Positions 57,474 through 64,000 of a DNA stretch of 64,000 bases are shown in pieces (position 1 is the first letter of the stretch; every line of letters begins with the position of its first letter). The translations under genes and the position numbers were made by a program. This DNA is from Verrucomicrobiales bacterium (lineage in GTDB: Bacteria > Verrucomicrobiota > Verrucomicrobiia > Limisphaerales > UBA1100). The notes under the pieces were generated by a model. It was not told the DNA's origin and did not search any database. It worked only from the letters and a program-made list of their open reading frames with translations. The stretch is from assembly GCA_038139415.1 (NCBI GenBank), contig JAYOSV010000002.1, forward strand, positions 79,926 to 143,925, given 5' to 3'.

Positions 57474-58264
57474 GCCCAGCGACTTCGCAATTCTTCGGGG
57501 GTATCTCCTTGCTCACGAAATTCACGCAAACTGAGGGCGTGGTTGCGTTTGGCAAGGCGGTTGCCGTCAGCATCAAGCATCAGGTCGCAATGATAAAATG
57601 CCGGGGCAGTGAGGTCGAGGGCACGGTAGAGCAGGAGCTGGCGTGCTGTGGAGATGAGCAGATCGGCGCCACGAACGACCTCGGTAATTAGCTGAGCGGC
57701 GTCGTCCACCACGACGGCGAGTTGGTAGGAGGGGATGCCGTTCTTCTGCCATACCGGGAAATCCCCGAAATCGTGTCCGGCCACAAACTGTTGCGGGCCG
57801 TAATGTGCGTCCTCGAATGTGATGGACTCCCCGTCGGGCACGCGGAAACGCCAGTTACAGTTCTCCTCGGGCGATTTGGATTGTGTCCGGCACGTTCCGG
57901 GGTACAGGGTTTCGCGGCCTTCGCTGTGCGGTGCGGCTACGGCGTTTTCAAGGTCGCGCCGGGTGCAGGTGCAGGGAAATAAGTAACCCGATTGTTTGAG
58001 CTGCTGGAAAGCCTTCCGATACAGTTCCAGCCGATCGGATTGATGTACGATATCGCCTTTCCAGTTAAGGCCGATCCATTGACAATCTTCCATGGCGGCC
58101 TCGGTATATTCTGGTTTGCAACGGGCAGTGTCTAAATTTTCATTGCGATATAGTAGCGTGCCGCCGACGGCTTGGGCACGCTCTTGGGCGATCCAAAAAG
58201 TACGGGCGTGCCCCAGATGTAGGTAGCCGGTGGGTGTGGGGGCTAGTCGGCCGCGGTAGCTCAT
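57470..58264 (-). CDS. gluQ: Glutamyl-Q tRNA(Asp) synthetase
   Basis: GRLAPTPTGYLHLGH, CTCTR, YQLAVVVDD, VVRGADL and RLAKR; catalytic domain only. Confidence 0.88.
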   Translation of the reverse strand: MSYRGRLAPTPTGYLHLGHARTFWIAQERAQAVGGTLLYRNENLDTARCKPEYTEAAMEDCQWIGLNWKGDIVHQSDRLELYRKAFQQLKQSGYLFPCTCTRRDLENAVAAPHSEGRETLYPGTCRTQSKSPEENCNWRFRVPDGESITFEDAHYGPQQFVAGHDFGDFPVWQKNGIPSYQLAVVVDDAAQLITEVVRGADLLISTARQLLLYRALDLTAPAFYHCDLMLDADGNRLAKRNHALSLREFREQGDTPEELRSRWA

Positions 58265-59154
58265 GAATCTAAGAATCGACGGGTGATGGCGTCGTATGCG
58301 TCGATCCTGCGGTCTCGCAGGAATGGCCAATGGGTTCGGGCTTCGTTGACTCTGGCACGGTCTATTTCCACCAGCAGCGTTTCGTTTTGATCAACGCTGC
58401 CTTGGGCGATGATTTCGCCGCTCGGATTGCAGGCAAAGCTTTGTCCCCAAAATTCCAGCCCCTCACCGCCGTCCGGCGATTCATGGCCCACGCGGTTAAT
58501 TGCGGCAACATAACAGCCGTTGGCAATGGCGTGGCTGCGTTGGATGGTTTGCCAGGCAGCGTGCTGGGCCTTGCCTTCGGCGACTTTTTCAGCGGGATGC
58601 CAGCCGATGGCTGTGGGGTAAAGAATGAGCTCAGCCCCAGCCAGAGCGGTGAGCCGGGCGGCCTCCGGGAACCATTGATCCCAGCAGATCAATACGCCAA
58701 TGCGGCCGTATGCTGTGTCCCACGCGCAGAAGCCCTGATCGCCGGGGGTGAAGTAAAATTTCTCGTAATACAGAGGATCATCCGGGATGTGCATTTTCCT
58801 GTAAGTGCCGAGCAAGGTGCCGTCGGCATCAATGATGGCGGCAGAATTATGGTACAGCCCAGCGGCGCGTTTCTCGAATAGAGAAGCGAGAATCACCACG
58901 CCTTCGGCACGGGCCAATTCCTGAAATGCCTCGGTTTTCGGACCGGGAATCGGCTCTGCGAGATCAAAATTCTCGTGACTCTCCGATTGGCAAAAGTACT
59001 GGGAGGCAAAGAGTTCCTGCGTGCAAATGATCTGGGCTCCGGCTTGAGCGGCGTTTTTCGCGGCATTCAGCGTATAATCTAAATTATGCGCCGGATCAGC
59101 GTTGCACGCGTGCTGCAACATGCCTAGCGTGATTATTTCAGGGGCTTTTTCCAT
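58261..59154 (-). CDS. Carbon-nitrogen hydrolase (N-carbamoylputrescine amidase-like)
   Basis: QELF, YRKMHIPDDP.YYEKFYF, ICWDQWFPE and FLRDRR. Confidence 0.9.
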   Translation of the reverse strand: MEKAPEIITLGMLQHACNADPAHNLDYTLNAAKNAAQAGAQIICTQELFASQYFCQSESHENFDLAEPIPGPKTEAFQELARAEGVVILASLFEKRAAGLYHNSAAIIDADGTLLGTYRKMHIPDDPLYYEKFYFTPGDQGFCAWDTAYGRIGVLICWDQWFPEAARLTALAGAELILYPTAIGWHPAEKVAEGKAQHAAWQTIQRSHAIANGCYVAAINRVGHESPDGGEGLEFWGQSFACNPSGEIIAQGSVDQNETLLVEIDRARVNEARTHWPFLRDRRIDAYDAITRRFLDS

Positions 59155-59339
59155 GACGTCAGAATCGGCGGGGATGTTCTCCGTGCAGACTGTCAAGTCA
59201 AGCTTGTGCTGAAAAAACAGAGTTATTTGAGAATATCTTTTGGTGAGAAGCCCAGTTTTTCACTTGCTGATTGGGGCGAAACATCCGTTTACTGCGGGCA
59301 GTCGCAGGGCGACAAATCTTAACCAAAGGAGAAAAACAA

Positions 59340-59627
59340 ATGGCGAAACTGACGAAAACCCAAACGATTGCTGCCGTGGCTGAGGCTGCCGACATTTCCA
59401 AGGCGCAGGCCAAAACCGCGCTGGATACGGTGGCGAGCTTGGCTTACGACAATGCGAAAGATGGCTTCACGATTCCCGGAGTGGGCAAAGTGAGCGTGCG
59501 GCAAACCAAGGCCCGCAAAATGATCATGCGCTTCGGCCCGAACGAAGGTAAGGAGATCGATGTGCCGGCCAAGACCAAACTGAAGTTCACGTTCCTGAAA
59601 GCCGCCAAGGAAGAAATCCTCGGCTAA
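59340..59627 (+). CDS. HU family nucleoid protein with an atypical arm
   Basis: SD-like AAGGAG upstream; TKTQ.IAAVAE, IPG.GK and KF...K..KE. Confidence 0.85.
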   Translation: MAKLTKTQTIAAVAEAADISKAQAKTALDTVASLAYDNAKDGFTIPGVGKVSVRQTKARKMIMRFGPNEGKEIDVPAKTKLKFTFLKAAKEEILG

Positions 59628-59644
59628 CTGAAACGAATTCTCAC

Positions 59645-59672
59645 GGGCGTCCCGCAAGGGGCGCCTTTTTTT
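59645..59672 (+). terminator. Intrinsic terminator after the HU gene
   Basis: GGGCGTCCC-GCAA-GGGGCGCC followed by T7. Confidence 0.8.
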
Positions 59673-59700
59673 GTGACTCCATTTTCTGTAGAGTAACCTC

Positions 59701-60669
59701 ATGAAGGTCGGTGTGGTTGGTGTGGGCGCGTTGGGAGGCTACTACGGTGGCCTGTTGTGCAGCGCTGGTGCCGAGGTGCATCTGCTGTTGCGCAGCGATT
59801 ACGATATGGTACGAGGCAACGGTATTCGGATCGAGAGCGATGGTGAATCCATCACTGTGCGGCCGCATTGCCATCACCAGCCTGAATCGATCGGCGAATG
59901 TGACCTTGTTCTGGTTTGCCTGAAAACCACTGCCAACGATCGCTATCAGCAATTGATCGGGCCATTAATTGGGCCGGATACAGCCATCGCCTGTCTGCAA
60001 AACGGTTTGGGCAATTGCGAGCAATTGGCGACGCTCTTTAATCCGGAACAGATTTTGGCTGGTTTGTGTTTTGTGTGCCTGAATCGCACTGCCCCCGGAG
60101 TAGTGGCGCATCAGGGGTTTGGCAAAATTGTGCTGGGCGAATTCGGCCGGACCGCGTTGCCGCGTACGCAGGCGATTGCGGATTTGTTTCAAAAGGCTAA
60201 GGTGCCCTGTGAGGTGGTTGATCGACTGGATGAAGGTTTGTGGGGTAAATTGATGTGGAACATCCCGTTTAATGGCCTAGGCGTCGCCGCGTCCGCTGGC
60301 TGGGATGGGCTGCAATCGGGAATTCTACCGGAAGATTTGGGCTCGCCGTGGCCGACGGATCAGTTATTGGCTGACCCGCGTTGGGAAGGGGAGGTGCGAG
60401 CGTTGATGCAGGAAATAATTGTGGCCGCTGCCGCTCAAAAGATTGTCCTGCCTCCGGAATTGGCTGATCGTATGGTGACCAATACCCGCGCCATGGGGGC
60501 ATATCGCGCCTCCACCGTCATCGATTTTGAATTCGGCCGGCCGATGGAGCTGGAGGGGTTATTTTTGGAGCCACTACGGCGGGCGCAGTCCGCGGGCGCG
60601 GCGATGCCGCGGTTAGAGGCGCTTTGTGTTGTTTTGGAAAAGCTAGCCCGTTATCCTCCGCGTGCATGA
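59701..60669 (+). CDS. panE: Ketopantoate reductase family protein
   Basis: GVGALGGYYG, LQNGLG, W.KL.WNIPFNG and ST..D...GRPME. Confidence 0.85.
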   Translation: MKVGVVGVGALGGYYGGLLCSAGAEVHLLLRSDYDMVRGNGIRIESDGESITVRPHCHHQPESIGECDLVLVCLKTTANDRYQQLIGPLIGPDTAIACLQNGLGNCEQLATLFNPEQILAGLCFVCLNRTAPGVVAHQGFGKIVLGEFGRTALPRTQAIADLFQKAKVPCEVVDRLDEGLWGKLMWNIPFNGLGVAASAGWDGLQSGILPEDLGSPWPTDQLLADPRWEGEVRALMQEIIVAAAAQKIVLPPELADRMVTNTRAMGAYRASTVIDFEFGRPMELEGLFLEPLRRAQSAGAAMPRLEALCVVLEKLARYPPRA

Positions 60670-62000
60670 GTGTCCGAGTACGTTTTGCGCCCAGTCCCAC
60701 GGGCTACCTGCACATTGGTGGTGCCCGCACGGCGTTATTTAATTGGTTGTATGCCCGCCATACAGGCGGGAAATTTGTGCTGCGCGTTGAGGACACGGAT
60801 GAAGAGCGCAACACGCCAGAGGCAATCAATGTGATTCTCGAAGGGCTCCGCTGGCTGGGATTGGATTGGGATGAAGGCCCGGCGAGTAACGATCCGACCG
60901 GCGACAGCGTGGGTGATCGTGGGCCGTATTATCAATCCCAGCGCGCGGAGATCTATGCGCGACGCGTGGAGGAGCTGATGGCCAAGGGGCTTGCCTACGA
61001 GGATGAGGGCGCCATTCGGTTTCGCATGCAACGCGAAGCGGTGACCATCCCGGATGTGATCTGTGGCGATGTGGTGCGGGAATTGACCGATCGCGAACAG
61101 GAACAGCCCGATTTCGTGATCGTGCGTTCAGACGGCAAACCGGTGTTTCATTTGGTTAACGTGGTGGACGACATCGAGATGGGCATCACACACGTGATTC
61201 GTGGGGAAGATCATCTATCCAACACAGCCAAGCATATCGCACTGTTTCGCGCGTTCGACGTGGAGCCGCCGCAGTTCGCGCATATCCCGCTGATCCTTAA
61301 TGCCAACGGTAGCAAGATGAGCAAGCGCGACGAAGGCGCCTCATTGGAGGGCTGGCAACAGGCCGGCTACGTGCCCAGTGCGGTGACCAATTATCTGAGC
61401 CTGCTCGGTTGGTCGCCCAAGGACGATTCTCAGGTGATGCCGTTAAGCGAAATCATCGAGCGTTTTGATCTGCCGCAAATCAATCGGGCTAATGCGCGGT
61501 TTGATTTGGAGAAACTGCAGTGGATGAATTACGAGCACTTACGTGGCTTGCCGATGGCCGATTACCGCGAACGGGCTGTGGTCGCCGGGGTAGATTTCGG
61601 AGGCGCCAGTGAGGACTACATTGCGGCCGCCTTGAGCACCTGCCGAGACAAGGTGAAGCAGGTTGAGGATCTGCCGACATTCTGTAGTTTCTATTTCACC
61701 GACGAGTTCGATTACGACGAAAACATGGCCGTCAAGGCCTTTGCCCCAGACAACAAGGAACCGTTTGCGCGGCTGCGCGAGGTGTTTTCGGGCGTTGAGG
61801 ACTTCACGCCGGAGCCCTTGGAAGCGGCGCTGAAAGCCCTGGCGGAGGAATTGGAGGTGAAAGTGCGCGTACTCGTGATGCCCGCGCGCTGCGCCTGTAC
61901 GGGAGTGAAAGTGGGCCCCAGTCTCTACGACCTGATGGCGGTGCTGGGGCGGGATAAGGTTTTGGCAAGATTCGACAAGGCGTTGGCGGCGATGAATTGA
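60666..62000 (+). CDS. gltX: Glutamate--tRNA ligase
   Basis: RFAPSPTGYLHIGG, THVIRGEDH, KMSKR and anticodon-binding domain. Confidence 0.95.
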   Translation: MSVRVRFAPSPTGYLHIGGARTALFNWLYARHTGGKFVLRVEDTDEERNTPEAINVILEGLRWLGLDWDEGPASNDPTGDSVGDRGPYYQSQRAEIYARRVEELMAKGLAYEDEGAIRFRMQREAVTIPDVICGDVVRELTDREQEQPDFVIVRSDGKPVFHLVNVVDDIEMGITHVIRGEDHLSNTAKHIALFRAFDVEPPQFAHIPLILNANGSKMSKRDEGASLEGWQQAGYVPSAVTNYLSLLGWSPKDDSQVMPLSEIIERFDLPQINRANARFDLEKLQWMNYEHLRGLPMADYRERAVVAGVDFGGASEDYIAAALSTCRDKVKQVEDLPTFCSFYFTDEFDYDENMAVKAFAPDNKEPFARLREVFSGVEDFTPEPLEAALKALAEELEVKVRVLVMPARCACTGVKVGPSLYDLMAVLGRDKVLARFDKALAAMN

Positions 62001-62039
62001 TTTTTTGCGTGGGATTTCCTCCAATGCGCAAGGACGAAC

Positions 62040-62630
62040 ATGACGACTGCGAATCAAATCACCCTCGGCCGGATTGTTCTCGTTCCGTTCTTCGTCGTCC
62101 AACTGCTCTACTACTTTCGCACAGGCGACGAACTTCATCGGTATCTGGCCATGGCGGCATTTCTGGTGGCCACGATCAGTGACGGTGTGGATGGTTATCT
62201 GGCCCGGCATCGGGGGCAGGCCACGCAATTGGGCTCCTACCTCGACCCATTGGCGGACAAACTCCTAATGTTCTCTGGATTGATCGTGCTCAGCATTGAA
62301 TTTGAATCCAACCCTTTTGAACAACGCATCCCGCTTTGGCTCACCGGCGTGGTTATCGGCCGCGATGCCATCGTGGTGACCGGTAGCGCGCTACTGTTCG
62401 CTGTGTTGGGCAACGTAGAGGTGAAGCCGTTATTCATGAGTAAGACCTCGGCAGTGCTTCAGATGGTGCTGATTGGCTGGGTGCTCTGTAAATTGCCTGG
62501 AATAGGTACCGTGGCTCTAGCCGCCGCGGTGGCCGTGACAACGGTAATCACGGGCGTCTTATATGTGCGCGAAGGGATTCGCCAATTCTCAGAACACCCG
62601 GCGGCACAGCCGGAGGATGAACAGGAGTGA
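62040..62630 (+). CDS. CDP-alcohol phosphatidyltransferase (PgsA-like)
   Basis: DGVDGYLAR......G..LDPLADK motif. Confidence 0.9.
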   Translation: MTTANQITLGRIVLVPFFVVQLLYYFRTGDELHRYLAMAAFLVATISDGVDGYLARHRGQATQLGSYLDPLADKLLMFSGLIVLSIEFESNPFEQRIPLWLTGVVIGRDAIVVTGSALLFAVLGNVEVKPLFMSKTSAVLQMVLIGWVLCKLPGIGTVALAAAVAVTTVITGVLYVREGIRQFSEHPAAQPEDEQE

Positions 62631-62671
62631 CCGACTTGACAGTTGGGTGCAGTCATTAGATGTTCACGCAT

Positions 62672-63151
62672 ATGGCATTCAGTCCTAACATAACATTGAA
62701 GGAAGGCGATAAGGCGCCGGCGTTCACTGCGCAAACCAGCGGCGGCGGCACGGTGTCGCTCAACGAATTTCTGGGCCGTCATGTGGTTCTGTTCTTTTAT
62801 CCCAAAGACGACACGCCTGGCTGCACGAAGGAAGCCTGTGCGTTCCGGGATGAACACGCTCAATTCGAAAAGGCCGAAGCCGTGGTTCTGGGGGTCAGCT
62901 GTGATTCCGTGGCTAAGCACGACAAATTTATTTCCAAGTTCGACCTACCTTTCCTGCTGTTGTCTGACGAAGATCAAACGATCGTGAACGCGTACGGGGC
63001 TTGGGGCCCAAAGAAATTCATGGGCAAGGAATACGAGGGAATCCATCGTATCAGCTTCTTGATCGATCCGCAGGGCAAGATTCAGAAAATTTGGCCCAAG
63101 GTAAAACCCGAAGAACACGCAGCCGAAGTGTTGGCGGCCATTCAAGGTTAG
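62672..63151 (+). CDS. bcp: Thioredoxin-dependent peroxiredoxin Bcp
   Basis: FYPKDDTPGCTKEAC.FRD. Confidence 0.92.
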   Translation: MAFSPNITLKEGDKAPAFTAQTSGGGTVSLNEFLGRHVVLFFYPKDDTPGCTKEACAFRDEHAQFEKAEAVVLGVSCDSVAKHDKFISKFDLPFLLLSDEDQTIVNAYGAWGPKKFMGKEYEGIHRISFLIDPQGKIQKIWPKVKPEEHAAEVLAAIQG

Positions 63152-63197
63152 CTTCCCTGGGCAAATCACTTCTTCATGCGGCCATCCATGTAGCCAC

Positions 63198-63225
63198 AAA
63201 AAAACCCGGCCGAGGCCGGGTTTTT
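63198..63225. terminator. Bidirectional intrinsic terminator between bcp and the tRNA
   Basis: A7-CCCGGC-CGAG-GCCGGG-T5. Confidence 0.85.
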
Positions 63226-63228
63226 AAT

Positions 63229-63305
<77 letters not shown>

Positions 63306-63344
63306 TCAAAGTCGTTCACCAAATCGTAACTTGGTGAGGGGCGG

Positions 63345-63372
63345 ATTCTAGGCAAAAAACCCTCGGGTGCAA
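63345..63372 (-). promoter_or_regulatory. tRNA promoter
   Basis: Minus strand TTGCAC, 16 bp, TAGAAT, followed by GC-rich discriminator CCGCCCC. Confidence 0.7.
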
Positions 63373-63392
63373 GGGATTTTTTCGCGCTTTAC

Positions 63393-64000
63393 TTAGATGG
63401 TCTGATCGTTGTCGTTATTCGGGGCTACATCTGAATCCGAATCCGTATCAGAAGGGCCATCTGCAGCGGTGGCGGGCGCTTTGTTGGGATAACACAACTG
63501 CATAATCAACAGACATACCAGCGCCGCCCACATTGGAACACTGAAGAGTTTCTGGTAATCCATCACCTCGTTGACGGTGGAAATCTCGGCCACATACCCC
63601 GCGACTTTGCTGCCGACAATGATACCGATGCCGACGATCACGAGATTAAACAGGCTTTGGGCGCTGGCACGGACATCGGCGGCACATTCCTCATCCACCA
63701 CCATGAAGGCCACAAAGATGAAGCAGCCAAAGCACAGGCCGTGCATTGCAATACCCAGAATGATGGCGGGTAATTGAGCTGTCTCCGGGAAATTCGGGCC
63801 GTATGCGAATAGGAACATTCTCAATGCATACGCCGCGATGCCGACACAGAGAAGGGCTTTGCGGGAACACTTTTTAGCGAACAAGGGGATCAGCGCCAGT
63901 ACGCCGATCTCGGCCATTTGACCGATGGTCATCAATCCGCCACCGCCGACTCCGACGATTTTATTGACGATATCAATGAAGCCTTCAGCTTGATTCTGGA
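63393..64000 (-). CDS. MFS nucleoside:H+ symporter family protein (5' part outside the window)
   Basis: MTIGQMAEI, HGLCFGCF and RASAQSL; the frame stays open to the window edge. Confidence 0.82.
   Translation of the reverse strand, partial: QNQAEGFIDIVNKIVGVGGGGLMTIGQMAEIGVLALIPLFAKKCSRKALLCVGIAAYALRMFLFAYGPNFPETAQLPAIILGIAMHGLCFGCFIFVAFMVVDEECAADVRASAQSLFNLVIVGIGIIVGSKVAGYVAEISTVNEVMDYQKLFSVPMWAALVCLLIMQLCYPNKAPATAADGPSDTDSDSDVAPNNDNDQTI

Overview
Gene-dense, GC-rich bacterial chromosome segment. The gene repertoire (futalosine-pathway mqnD, tandem PQQ-type beta-propellers, prepilin-like proteins, a redoxin/cytochrome c/copper-monooxygenase-like fusion, a sulfatase) suggests a PVC-superphylum organism, probably Verrucomicrobiota; this is inference. 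Most of the window is core housekeeping: parB, bioB, purU, xth, moaDE, hpt, dUTPase, guaB, holA, a UvrD/Rep helicase, iscA, an hscB-like gene, dsbD, purE, prs-rplY-pth-rpsF-ssb-rplI, dnaB-bamA-skp, a Yej-like peptide ABC transporter, gluQ, HU, gltX, bcp and an initiator tRNA-Met. The most unusual observations are: (1) a ~1 kb AT-richer cassette at 3181-4169 bounded by two ~80 bp tRNA-like direct repeats, with phased TCTC repeats and one membrane-protein reading frame lacking a canonical start; (2) an ExbB/ExbD/TonB-like operon whose ExbD lacks the essential transmembrane Asp and whose ExbB lacks the conserved Thr residues, plus a small zinc-ribbon membrane protein; (3) a structured intergenic RNA with three cUUCGg loops (6S RNA candidate); (4) pervasive leaderless promoter architecture, including a BirA-type operator straddling the bioB start codon; (5) an ABC permease with two EF-hand loops and a second inserted domain. 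All calls come from reading motifs by eye; no database searches were run.
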